From the IMG/VR virus record IMGVR_UViG_3300012953_000100, positions 1 to 34,144 of that record: a stretch of 34,144 bases of DNA; one strand, given 5' to 3'. A model generated the notes under the pieces. The model was not told the origin of the DNA. It saw nothing but the letters and a program-made list of their open reading frames with translations, and ran no database searches. A program made the translations under genes and the position numbers. The stretch's first letter is position 1. Each line of letters begins with the position of its first letter. This document shows positions 8,152 to 17,109 of this stretch, in pieces. This DNA is from a virus (lineage: Duplodnaviria > Caudoviricetes).

Positions 8152-8720
8152 TGCCCAAAATTAATGTTCCCTCAGAAGCATATGAGGCTTTCTCTTCTGG
8201 AGAGATTACAAGAGAAGAATTAACCGAGCTTGAGAAGTTTGCTGAATATCTAAGTAAGGAAGCTTCCCCTACTTTCGGGCAAATGGCTGGATTGGCGATA
8301 GCAGCCCCTAGTCTAGCTTACTTGGGGAGTAAGATCCCAGAAGCTATAGAAAGCGCTAGAAACAACGCTTCTTTCAACAGTGACTTTAAGCGGATACTAA
8401 AAGTTAACCCGTCTCTTGGTAGCTCTCAAGATCCCAATCTTCAGATGGCCTATAAAACTTTACGGACACTGAGCCCTACGTACGCCAAAGATCCTTTGTT
8501 GGCGGGTACTATCTTGGGTAACGTTATGCATAATAGAACTGATCCAGACGATCCTTCGAGTCCTCCTAGGTTTGATCCGGCCCTCGTAAATGAAATAGTG
8601 AGAGGAACTCCACAATCCTCGGGTGCAGTAAGAGCGGGACAATCCGCTGCAGCTAAGTCTTCTGAGCCCTTAGCTAAGATGCTTGCAATGGGCAGAAAAA
8701 AAGAAGAACAAAAAAAGTAG
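8151..8720 (+). CDS. Putative internal head protein (acidic leader ending EKFA...SKEA)
   Basis: Translationally coupled to the upstream gene; the hydrophobic segment MAGLAIAAPSLAYLG follows the KEA site. Confidence 0.75.
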   Translation: MPKINVPSEAYEAFSSGEITREELTELEKFAEYLSKEASPTFGQMAGLAIAAPSLAYLGSKIPEAIESARNNASFNSDFKRILKVNPSLGSSQDPNLQMAYKTLRTLSPTYAKDPLLAGTILGNVMHNRTDPDDPSSPPRFDPALVNEIVRGTPQSSGAVRAGQSAAAKSSEPLAKMLAMGRKKEEQKK

Positions 8721-8723
8721 ATT

Positions 8724-10679
8724 ATGTTTACGAAATACTCACAACTCAGAGGTAGGTCGACCGAAGGACGCCCATTAATTCATATGGTCGAGCCAGGCTC
8801 TGCCTATGGAACCCAGGACACATCGGGCATCTCTAAGACTGCTTCTGGTGAGCATTTACCCCAAGTAATAGAACTCATAGAGTCTTTAGAGGCGCAGCCA
8901 GATAGACTATACCTAGTGAATTCGGCACTGGGTGCGGGAGAGTATGTAGGCTTTAATCTTCGCGGGGATTGGTTTGGCGAAGAAGGACTAAAGCGTGCTC
9001 CCAAGGGTTTTGATGATATACCTGTGTGGGATATAGATGCCCGAAGAAGAGCGGCCAATCAGACAGAGATTGTTCCAGGATGGGGGCCCTTGGCTTGGGG
9101 ACACACTACTTTCTATAACGCTCACCGATTTAGGCACCACGTAAATAAAGATCCAAATAAAGCCTATGGGTATATATTAGGGGCTTTTTGGGATGATAGA
9201 ATGAAGAGAGTCATTCTTGTCTCAGAGTTAATAGAGAGTATGTGTGCGAATCTCGGCGCACAACATATTTACGACAGAATCAAAGCAGGAGAGTTTCCCG
9301 ACTCTTCTATGGGAAGCAAAGTCCCCTATGATGCCTGTTCCATCTGTGGACATAAAGCTCGATCACCTGCCCAATATTGTGAGCACGTTTCCTCTGATGC
9401 CCGTCCTCCCTATGGAATGAAATCACTTCTGCCAGATGGCAGAGTCTGCGGGGTCTATAATGATTACCCCAGATTTTTTGACGACTCCTTTGTGTTTATC
9501 GGAGCGGAAAGATCTGCGAAAGTAATGTCTGACGTTACAGATAAAATTAAAGGTACTCACTCGTACTCACAAACTTTGTATCCTTTTGTACGTACAGTTG
9601 CGAAGGTTGCGTCTGCTCCCGAGCAAAAAGCCGTTCAGGGAGTCAAAGATGTAGTGATCCCTGACTTTGTGTTAGAGGAAAAACTAACTAGAGCAGTTCA
9701 ACAGATACAGGCGAATACTCCTCTAGAAAGAGAAGCCTTGAGGTACTTCATGCAGGAGCGACTAGGGCAGGAGCGTATAGCTCGAGGCACTATGTCTGGT
9801 TCTGAGTATGAAATGTGGAAACAGATTTCGACAAATCTGTTTTTACGTCAGTACGGAGTTCCGCCAGAGAACCTTTCTTATCTTCGTCAGCTATTCAATT
9901 CCAAAGTAGAGCAGATGACGGGAATGCAGAAGTCTGCCGAGATGCCGAAGTGGGCTGAGATGCTAAAAAGAATTCCAGCTCCAAGCCCCAAGCAACTAAG
10001 TTTGGTTAGGTCGGAAGAGCAATCAATGCCTGAGCTTCCAAGAGAGATCTTAGAAGTACTAGCTAAAAATCCAAGAGAGAATTTAGTTGCTGCTGCCAGA
10101 ATGGGAGTAGTTCTAAAGCCTAGAGAATTTCAACACGTAATATTGCACAAGAAAAATCCGGAAATTGCGGACAATATATACAGTAAAAAAGTAGTGTTCA
10201 GACCCTGCCCTCTGAAAGAAAATACTTCTGCGTTTGGAACGTCTTATGCACCAAAAGAAGTTATGCGAACTGTAGCTGGGCTTCTTTCGCGGTTTTTAGA
10301 GAGAAGATCTTTCGCTCCAACGGCGGTAAGAATTAGAATACTCAAAGGAAATACAGAACCTACTTCTTCTACTGATTTACTAGAAAAAGTTAGCGATTTA
10401 GAAGAAATTTCAGAATTATATAATGTATATAGATTGGGACTAATTCAAAATCCGCCAGACATGAGGGCTATTAACTTGAATTTTTTCCCATCAGAAACTA
10501 TAAAAAGAGATGAAAAAGTTGCCGAAGACTCAGTTTCTTTGTCGAATTTGTTATTACATGTTGCTTATTGGCCCGGTCTAAGTTTAGGATTAGGTCAGCT
10601 GGAAGAGGGGGTTTCCCCCGAAGATGCCGCCAACACCCCAGAAAATGTATTTGGAGAAAACCATGTCAGCACTCCTTGA
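8724..10679 (+). CDS. Putative prohead (capsid maturation) protease with Zn-finger motif and long C-terminal extension
   Basis: Candidate catalytic His (FRHH) and Ser (SSMG), followed by CSICGH...YCEH and FFDDSFV, a pattern typical of HK97/herpes-fold phage prohead proteases. Lies upstream of the scaffold-like genes and MCP. Confidence 0.7.
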   Translation: MFTKYSQLRGRSTEGRPLIHMVEPGSAYGTQDTSGISKTASGEHLPQVIELIESLEAQPDRLYLVNSALGAGEYVGFNLRGDWFGEEGLKRAPKGFDDIPVWDIDARRRAANQTEIVPGWGPLAWGHTTFYNAHRFRHHVNKDPNKAYGYILGAFWDDRMKRVILVSELIESMCANLGAQHIYDRIKAGEFPDSSMGSKVPYDACSICGHKARSPAQYCEHVSSDARPPYGMKSLLPDGRVCGVYNDYPRFFDDSFVFIGAERSAKVMSDVTDKIKGTHSYSQTLYPFVRTVAKVASAPEQKAVQGVKDVVIPDFVLEEKLTRAVQQIQANTPLEREALRYFMQERLGQERIARGTMSGSEYEMWKQISTNLFLRQYGVPPENLSYLRQLFNSKVEQMTGMQKSAEMPKWAEMLKRIPAPSPKQLSLVRSEEQSMPELPREILEVLAKNPRENLVAAARMGVVLKPREFQHVILHKKNPEIADNIYSKKVVFRPCPLKENTSAFGTSYAPKEVMRTVAGLLSRFLERRSFAPTAVRIRILKGNTEPTSSTDLLEKVSDLEEISELYNVYRLGLIQNPPDMRAINLNFFPSETIKRDEKVAEDSVSLSNLLLHVAYWPGLSLGLGQLEEGVSPEDAANTPENVFGENHVSTP

Positions 10680-11679
10680 GGAGCTTGAATCGCGTGGCGT
10701 CACAGCTGAAGATCTAGAAAAAGCGGCATCAGTCCGACTTTTCGAAAAAGCTGCTGCCGCCGAGGGCGTGAATCTTGAGACTTTGGATCAAGAGCAGATC
10801 GAAGAACTCTATTCCGCCTTCATTAACAATAACAACCTTTCTTCGTCAGTGGTTGACGAAGATAATTTAATGAAAGAGGCAAATGCCATGAATGAAGAAA
10901 TCGTAGAGTTATTCGAAAAGCAAGCAGAGGCGGAGGGTATCGATCTCGAAACTCTCGATGACGTTGAGCTTGCCAATATGTACAACCACTATGTGGAAAA
11001 CGTACTACCAGAGCAAATTGAGACTGAGCAGTCTTACGAAGTTGAAGAGGCTCACGCTAAGCTCGCTGAGGCTGAGATTTTGGGACGTCACATGGCTCGC
11101 GCCTATGCAGATGAATCTGAGAAGATCGCTGCTACTATGGGAGAGAGAGCTGAGGCTGTTAAGGAAAAGGCCAAGTCCGCTTTCGACTCAATTAAGGAAA
11201 AGGGCAAGGCAGCTGGCGAGCGAGCGCGAAGCGCTGGCAAGTCCGTTGCAGATGCTGGACGTAGCGCCGGTCGTTCCTACATGGATGCCATTAAGTTTAA
11301 GGAGCTTCGAGAGGGAATCACGGCAGCAAAGAACGTTAAGGGGTATAAGGGCAAGCTCGATTCTCCCGGAAAGAGACAACTGTCGGCGGCTAGAAAACAA
11401 ATGCTTCGCGGCGGCGCTAAGGGTCTTCTCGCAGCTGGTGGTACGGCTGCTGCAGGTTACGGCGGCTACAAGGGCGTCCAGAAGATGACGAAGAAGAGTT
11501 CCTACGATATTCTAGAGGAAAACGCAGAAGCGTTGGCACTTGAGTTTCTCTCTAAGGAAGCAGAGGACACTCAGATTGACGACATCAATTTGAACGAGTA
11601 CTCGGAAACTGAGATCGACAACTACATCACTGAGCGTGCAGTAGAGATGCTCATCGATGCGGGCTACGATTTCGAGTAA
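10663..11679 (+). CDS. Scaffold/internal head protein: acidic duplicated N-domain, basic Ala/Gly-rich core, acidic C-tail
   Basis: ATG 10663 after GGAG. Repeat LFEKAAAAEGVNLETLD / LFEKQAEAEGIDLETLD and many K-x-A sites. Confidence 0.8.
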   Translation: MSALLEELESRGVTAEDLEKAASVRLFEKAAAAEGVNLETLDQEQIEELYSAFINNNNLSSSVVDEDNLMKEANAMNEEIVELFEKQAEAEGIDLETLDDVELANMYNHYVENVLPEQIETEQSYEVEEAHAKLAEAEILGRHMARAYADESEKIAATMGERAEAVKEKAKSAFDSIKEKGKAAGERARSAGKSVADAGRSAGRSYMDAIKFKELREGITAAKNVKGYKGKLDSPGKRQLSAARKQMLRGGAKGLLAAGGTAAAGYGGYKGVQKMTKKSSYDILEENAEALALEFLSKEAEDTQIDDINLNEYSETEIDNYITERAVEMLIDAGYDFE

Positions 11680-11689
11680 AGGACGTTAG

Positions 11690-11941
11690 ATGAGGCTTGG
11701 ATATCAGGTATGGCTATCGTTTCTAGATGAAATGACAAAGCTGTCTTCCAAGCCTCGTCAAACTATCAAGCTGCCTTCTCCTAATGGTGGGGGAGGGCAG
11801 AACTTTGGAAGATTTACCGACTCCCCGGCTCCAACTAAGGTAACGGGCGAAACTAGAAAAGTTTCCAAGTCGGATTCTTTATTACAGATTGGAAGAACGG
11901 GGTCTGTTACGGATACTCCGCCTCCGCCTCCAGTCATTTAA
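11690..11941 (+). CDS. Small protein with FLDEMTKLS leader and Pro/Gly/Thr-rich tail
   Basis: RBS AAGGA; the leader resembles those of ORFs 16930 and 26237. Confidence 0.7.
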   Translation: MRLGYQVWLSFLDEMTKLSSKPRQTIKLPSPNGGGGQNFGRFTDSPAPTKVTGETRKVSKSDSLLQIGRTGSVTDTPPPPPVI

Positions 11942-11962
11942 CTATTTGATAGGGCAAGTTTA

Positions 11963-12823
11963 ATGAGCACCAACTATCGAAGTATGATTGACGAAGCGCT
12001 GGCTAGCGCCCGCTCTCGTCTTACCGCAGAGGTGCCTCAGATGACTAAATCGGCCTCTTCTACCACAGAAGATAGCCTGGTCAAAGAGGCGTCTGATCTG
12101 GCCGATGCCCTTGAGTACATTTCTCACTCAGTGGGTACCGGAAACAAGGCTGACCAAGTTAAGAGCGCAATGCTTTCAGATTTCTTTAGTAAGTCTGCTG
12201 CTGATGGTCCAGTCGTGTCCGAAACTTCTGCTAAGGGAACGCAGGAGCAAACTTCTGAAGGCGGAAAGGCAAAGCTTAATCCAAAAGGCCTAGTGTCTGG
12301 AGACTCTCCAGCACAGTCGTCCGCCTCCCCAGAAGCTAAAGATGGCGAAAAGACTCTGCGAGAGTCCATGAAACAGGCAGAGAGCCTATCTCTTTACGAT
12401 ATACTTATGAGCAGCAAAGAGGCTGGACAGGGTGGTCCTGCCGAAACGAGCGCCTCTGAAGATGCTCCAGGCATTCCTACCGGAAACGAAAACGCGGGAA
12501 GGCAAAACCTTTTAGGAACTAACGAAGCCGCAGTTGCTGCTACTAAGCGACAGGCAAAGCTTCCTACACGTTCTCGCCTACAGGAAATCTTTTCTCACGC
12601 ACAAGACACTACTGGTGAGCAGGATGCTGCTGCTGTATTCCCTATGGCGACTCGCGCAGGGACCATCAAAGTTTCTTCTGTAATGGATAAGCTCGCTAAC
12701 ATTGAAAAGGCTCGCAAGCTTATGGAGTCTGATGGGCTCTCAGCTACCGCAGCCCTAGGCAAGGTTTACCCAGACTGGGACGAAGAAAAGATTGCCGCAA
12801 CCGCAGCAAAGATGGGCGGGTAA
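11963..12823 (+). CDS. Putative scaffold/core protein, largely disordered, multiple K-x-A sites
   Basis: S/A/E-rich; KSAS, KEAS, KSAA, KQAE, KEAG, KLAN, KIAA; located in the head operon. Confidence 0.8.
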   Translation: MSTNYRSMIDEALASARSRLTAEVPQMTKSASSTTEDSLVKEASDLADALEYISHSVGTGNKADQVKSAMLSDFFSKSAADGPVVSETSAKGTQEQTSEGGKAKLNPKGLVSGDSPAQSSASPEAKDGEKTLRESMKQAESLSLYDILMSSKEAGQGGPAETSASEDAPGIPTGNENAGRQNLLGTNEAAVAATKRQAKLPTRSRLQEIFSHAQDTTGEQDAAAVFPMATRAGTIKVSSVMDKLANIEKARKLMESDGLSATAALGKVYPDWDEEKIAATAAKMGG

Positions 12824-12825
12824 GG

Positions 12826-12984
12826 ATGAGCAAGGTCTATGATAGACTTATCAAGATAGCCAAAGGCGAACCTACCTCTAAGGAGGCAGAGGCCGTTAAT
12901 GAAAGCTCGTCTTCAGAAAAGGTGGCTTCATTGCCAGAAGAAGAGGCGAGAATGCGTCGTCTTGATCAGTTACTAAAACGTTAA
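12826..12984 (+). CDS. 52-aa protein MSKVYDRLIKIAKGEPTSKEAEAVNESSSSEKVASLPEEEARMRRLDQLLKR
   Basis: Read manually, below the ORF-track cutoff. It fills most of the gap and contains three K-x-A sites. Confidence 0.7.
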   Translation: MSKVYDRLIKIAKGEPTSKEAEAVNESSSSEKVASLPEEEARMRRLDQLLKR

Positions 12985-13011
12985 TTTGGTGCAAACCGCG
13001 AGGATACTATT

Positions 13012-13377
13012 ATGAGTAAAATCGAAAGTACGCAGCTAGCAGCAGTATCTGCTCGCGGAGCTGCGTCAATTAGAGCCCTGGTTGAAAAAGTAGCAAGCCT
13101 AGAAGCCGAAAAACTCGAGCTTCACGAAAAGATTGCCCAGTATGAGCGAGATGTTGAAATCTCTGCCTTAGCCAAGGAAATGGAAGATAAAGGCCTGAAT
13201 GCAGATATGACGTTCGAAGAAAAGGTAGCGAACCTACGGGGTCACGCACACCTAGAGAGCGTCAAAGAAGCTGTTAAATTAGCGTCAGCTGGCGGTGTCC
13301 AGTTGGCAGATGTTTCCGACCACCCCGGGACGGGAACGCTTGACCCCTTAACCAACTTTTGCCTAGTAGGCGAATAA
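13012..13377 (+). CDS. Coiled-coil capsid scaffolding-like protein
   Basis: RBS GAGGA; heptad LVEKVASLEAEKLELHEKIAQYE; two genes upstream of MCP. Confidence 0.75.
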   Translation: MSKIESTQLAAVSARGAASIRALVEKVASLEAEKLELHEKIAQYERDVEISALAKEMEDKGLNADMTFEEKVANLRGHAHLESVKEAVKLASAGGVQLADVSDHPGTGTLDPLTNFCLVGE

Positions 13378-13398
13378 CCCTAGACTAAGGAGATTGTC

Positions 13399-13977
13399 AT
13401 GGCTGGCAGATACGTCGAGCTTACAAATCCCGGGTACTCATCACTGTTTACTCGTGATCTTTCTTACACTAACAACCAGGCGGTTGACGGCGCAGCTGAT
13501 GCGTTTGATCCGGATTCATCTGCAGCTCTTCACGAAGGTGAATGGCTAGAGATGTCTGGCGGTTCTTTTTCTCGCGGTGGTGCTGCACCGGCTGACCAAG
13601 CTGCAGGAGCTGTTCTTCAGCTTGCACTTGCTGGTGCTGACCCAGGTACCGCCCCGTGTTTTCTAAACTTCCAAGAGCGTGGACGTTACGACGCACAGGT
13701 TACGCGGAAGGCACATTGCATTGTAGGTCCTGAGGGCTTCGAGCTACGGACAAAGATGATTATTTGTTCGGGACAAGATGACGGTGACCGAGTATTCGTT
13801 GTTACCGGCATTCTCCCATCGGGCGCAGTCGTTCGTTGTTTGGCGAGCGCAACTGCCATTGGACTTGGCAACGGGCTTGCTGCAGGTACGTACCACTCTG
13901 TTGGTATCATTACTCAGGCCCATGGACAAAATGACGCTTCTGTCTTAACACAGCCTGCTTCAATTACCCAAGCTTAG
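13399..13977 (+). CDS. Putative capsid decoration/cement protein
   Basis: Strong RBS TAAGGAG; small, Ala/Gly-rich and beta-type, immediately upstream of MCP. Confidence 0.65.
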   Translation: MAGRYVELTNPGYSSLFTRDLSYTNNQAVDGAADAFDPDSSAALHEGEWLEMSGGSFSRGGAAPADQAAGAVLQLALAGADPGTAPCFLNFQERGRYDAQVTRKAHCIVGPEGFELRTKMIICSGQDDGDRVFVVTGILPSGAVVRCLASATAIGLGNGLAAGTYHSVGIITQAHGQNDASVLTQPASITQA

Positions 13978-14000
13978 GCCTGAATAGGAGAATAAAAAAA

Positions 14001-15140
14001 ATGGATTACACGGCAGAAATGGTAAATTCAGGCTTCATTGAGCGGTTGGAGACCGAAGGTCCCACTAAGACCGCCGCTGCGAGCCTTAACTACATTAAGG
14101 ATCGTCTCCGCGAGTCAAGTTTCGCAGACATGATCATTCCTAATGAGAGAGTCGTTCGTGGCGATCTCCAGCGATCCACCGAGCATGATACGCTCGTCAA
14201 GATCGTTGACATCGAACCGGGCAGCCGAGCCATGGCAGTTAACTTCCGTGGTCAGCCTACTGCTCAGTACGTAAACGGTAAGCGATACGCTATCGGTTTC
14301 TTCACGATCTCAAGCCTCAAGTTTGAAATCGTTGAGCAGGAGCTTATGGCATACGAGATGCCTGTTACTCGCATTATCGAAGAGAACAGCCTCAAGGACA
14401 TGGTTGAGATCAAGGACCGAGAGTTCCTCAATCACGTTGAGGCTTGCATTGACGGTATGCAGGCAGAGGCAAACAGCACTGCTTTCAGCACGACCAACAT
14501 CAACGCCGGAACCGCAATCAGCGTTTCTAAGTTGAAGGGTACTTTGGCTCTACAGGCACAGGCGGATTCTTTCGCTAGTCTGGCGATCCAGCGTAACGAC
14601 ATTGTTCGCCTCAAGAAGCTCTTGAAGCAGCAGGTTGCTGATGCCAACGGTACAGTCATCCGACAGGGCCGCTTGCGTCCCGCAGTTATGCTCATGACTG
14701 AGTCTGACGCGGATGATTTCGATCAGTGGACACTTGAGGATTACGGTGATCGTCTCCAGAGTGAGACGGCTCTTGACGGCTACACCTACAACAAGGTTTT
14801 GGGTCTTCGAGTTATCCGTACCATCAAGAATGACATTCTTCGAGAAGGAAACGTTTACGTTTTCACTGCTCCAGAATTCTTCGGACGTAACTACACCTTG
14901 AACGATGTTAAGTTCTACATCGACAAGATTGCTAACCGAATCTTCTGGCAGGCATGGATGGACGTCGGCATGGGCTTTGGTAACATTGCTTCCGTAGTTA
15001 AGCTTGAGCTTTACTCGGACGCTTCAGACGGTGCTGCACCTGGTGCTGCTGCTGTTAGACCAGTTGCTGAGGCTGACATTGGCGCTCAGAACAATAAGGC
15101 ATCCGAAGGCTTGACCTTCCCTGCTATCAGCGTATTCTAA
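14001..15140 (+). CDS. Major capsid protein (HK97-fold expected)
   Basis: 379 aa with strong RBS AGGAG and highly biased codon usage, followed by a strong terminator. It sits after the protease, scaffold and decoration genes and has a KTAA site near the N-terminus. Confidence 0.85.
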   Translation: MDYTAEMVNSGFIERLETEGPTKTAAASLNYIKDRLRESSFADMIIPNERVVRGDLQRSTEHDTLVKIVDIEPGSRAMAVNFRGQPTAQYVNGKRYAIGFFTISSLKFEIVEQELMAYEMPVTRIIEENSLKDMVEIKDREFLNHVEACIDGMQAEANSTAFSTTNINAGTAISVSKLKGTLALQAQADSFASLAIQRNDIVRLKKLLKQQVADANGTVIRQGRLRPAVMLMTESDADDFDQWTLEDYGDRLQSETALDGYTYNKVLGLRVIRTIKNDILREGNVYVFTAPEFFGRNYTLNDVKFYIDKIANRIFWQAWMDVGMGFGNIASVVKLELYSDASDGAAPGAAAVRPVAEADIGAQNNKASEGLTFPAISVF

Positions 15141-15165
15141 GCCGATCGCATAGGATGACGTTTAT

Positions 15166-15219
15166 AACGGCCCTGGTTCCGCTCTTATTGGGGCAATGGG
15201 GCCAGGGCCGTTTTATTTT
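15166..15219 (+). terminator. Rho-independent terminator after MCP
   Basis: AACGGCCCTGGTTCC ... GGGGCCAGGGCCGTT stem followed by TTATTTT. Confidence 0.8.
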
Positions 15220-15234
15220 CTGAGGAAGGACAAA

Positions 15235-15948
15235 ATGAAGATAATAGTTAGAAATATATCGGCAGATAGATCGGGCAGAGACTCGGTAAGAGTTAACCCA
15301 ATTGGATTAGTGGGACGCCCTAAGATTATGGGCAGAGCTTTGCCTCCCAGATCTAATAGAATAGTAAAATCGTCGAGACTACACGCCCAAGAACTAGAGT
15401 CTTGGCAAGAGTTTGTTGAGGCGGGGTGTATTCAAATTGTTGTTAGTCCCATTGCTAGTAATTTGGGAACTTCTGCGCCCAAGATTGTTAGCGCAATTGA
15501 GCTGGCTCAGATGCTTAATATTAAGCTCACTACTACTACTACTACTACTACTACAGAGAGCGCTGAAACTGTCCCAGTTGAGACCGCTCCTGTACAGATC
15601 GAAGAGATCGAAGAGTTAGATACATCTTCTATATACGATCCAGAGCCTCAATTAGTTGAGTATACAGACGAACCAGAGGCGGAAATAGAAGAAGACATCG
15701 AGCCTCCTTTACCTCCAGGATGTGAAGAAGAGGAATGTCCTGTATGTGAGGAAGAAGAAGTCGAAGTTCAAGACACAAACTTAATCGAGGTAGAGGTAGA
15801 ATCAGTCGATTACAACTACACTTTGTCTGAGCTAAATCTAAAAAGAAAAGCTGATCTCAAAGACATCTTGGAGTCCATGGGAGGGATGCCAGGATCTCTT
15901 ACAAAGAGACAGATTGTAAGCGAAATTTTAGCAATACAGGGGGATTGA
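15235..15948 (+). CDS. Hypothetical protein with acidic linker and C-terminal Rho-N/SAP-like helix-extension-helix domain
   Basis: ATG 15235 after GAGGAAGGA (the track start at 15196 lies inside the terminator). C-terminus YTLSELNLKRKADLKDILESMG...TKRQIVSEIL. Confidence 0.75.
   Translation: MKIIVRNISADRSGRDSVRVNPIGLVGRPKIMGRALPPRSNRIVKSSRLHAQELESWQEFVEAGCIQIVVSPIASNLGTSAPKIVSAIELAQMLNIKLTTTTTTTTTESAETVPVETAPVQIEEIEELDTSSIYDPEPQLVEYTDEPEAEIEEDIEPPLPPGCEEEECPVCEEEEVEVQDTNLIEVEVESVDYNYTLSELNLKRKADLKDILESMGGMPGSLTKRQIVSEILAIQGD
15529..15555 (+). repeat. (ACT)8-ACA microsatellite encoding Thr9
   Basis: Directly visible trinucleotide repeat. Confidence 0.9.
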
Positions 15949-15952
15949 TATT

Positions 15953-16429
15953 ATGGAAGTCAGAGTACATAACATAACTGACCGACCAAACACCGAGGAG
16001 GCTCCGCACGCACTGCGGATAGGGACGTTTTTACTTAGGCCCGGAAAATTTATTGAAATTGACGATTCCGTACTGAATACAAAACATCGTGCTCTGCATG
16101 GAAATTCTTTATGGATCGGAAATCTGCTTCCTCTTAGATACCAAGCCACCAGCAAGTCTGCGCTTAGTATCATAGACAGCTCCGTCGGGCTTTCTCCTAT
16201 GACCATTGAAGAGGCTCGAACCTATCTATTAGATGTACCAAAGGAAGACGCTCTTGCTCTTTGCAACAGCATGACTCCTCCTATAGTATTTAGGCAGGAG
16301 CCTTCTCATAAAATGCTCGCCGTTAAGTTGTCTAGATCTCTATTTACTGGAGATCGAATTCTGGACCCAGAAGCTTTTTTCTGGCTAAGACGATGGACGA
16401 ATAAGGGCGACACTTACACGGAGAGATAA
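15953..16429 (+). CDS. Hypothetical protein
   Basis: Tightly packed in the operon; RBS-like AGGGGG upstream. Confidence 0.75.
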   Translation: MEVRVHNITDRPNTEEAPHALRIGTFLLRPGKFIEIDDSVLNTKHRALHGNSLWIGNLLPLRYQATSKSALSIIDSSVGLSPMTIEEARTYLLDVPKEDALALCNSMTPPIVFRQEPSHKMLAVKLSRSLFTGDRILDPEAFFWLRRWTNKGDTYTER

Positions 16430-16430
16430 C

Positions 16431-16928
16431 GTGTATAGCTCTACTACGAAAATACCGGGCGCTAGTACTAGACTAAATGAAATAGTTTCGGTCGTTCGCC
16501 TGTATCTGCGGGACTTTCCCGAACTTAATAGGTTGATACAGGGCGAAGAGACTAGTGATAGAATGATTGCCTGGTCAGTAGTAGATGCCCTGGATGACTT
16601 TAATTCCACTCCTCCCTTTGTAGGGTCGTATGGACTGACTAATTTTCCTTCTCTCTCTTTATTGAGAGAGGGGGCAGTCATTCGGGTTTTAGAATCTGTC
16701 GGCCTTCTTCAGTTGAGAAATCAAATGAATTATTCCGACGGAGGGATTACCGTTCAAATATCGGATAAATCTCAATTTTTAATGGGCTGGATAAATATGC
16801 TCCGAGGCTCCTATGAGCAAAAAAAGGTGCGCATCAAGTCTTCTATTAATGTGGAACAGGCGTTTGAAGGGTCGGGAATACATTCTGAGTATTTCGTGAT
16901 CAACGGCGTATACTTTTCGGGGTATTAA
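16431..16928 (+). CDS. Putative head-tail connector (adaptor) protein
   Basis: Helical 165 aa after MCP, with VRLYLRD near the N-terminus and YSDGGITV, resembling head completion/adaptor proteins. Confidence 0.6.
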   Translation: MYSSTTKIPGASTRLNEIVSVVRLYLRDFPELNRLIQGEETSDRMIAWSVVDALDDFNSTPPFVGSYGLTNFPSLSLLREGAVIRVLESVGLLQLRNQMNYSDGGITVQISDKSQFLMGWINMLRGSYEQKKVRIKSSINVEQAFEGSGIHSEYFVINGVYFSGY

Positions 16929-16929
16929 T

Positions 16930-17109
16930 ATGCTTAACAAAGAAACATTATATTTCTTCGCGGATGAGCTAGAGAAATCAGCTAGAAGCACTACGTCAAT
17001 TCACGACGTATATACGGGTCTTCGAAACCTATTCAGCGGCAGTGCAGCAAGAACTACTAAGCCGCACCCCTCCTTTAAACAATGGCAAAAGAAGAGAAAG
17101 ATTAAATGA
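16930..17109 (+). CDS. 59-aa protein with FFADELEKSA leader and basic tail
   Basis: Read manually: MLNKETLYFFADELEKSARSTTSIHDVYTGLRNLFSGSAARTTKPHPSFKQWQKKRKIK*. It fills the gap and has an ATGA overlap with the next gene. Confidence 0.75.
   Translation: MLNKETLYFFADELEKSARSTTSIHDVYTGLRNLFSGSAARTTKPHPSFKQWQKKRKIK

Noticed and set aside
15196-15234. ORF-track start of the post-MCP gene
   Set aside because: It lies within the terminator stem; ATG 15235 has a proper RBS.
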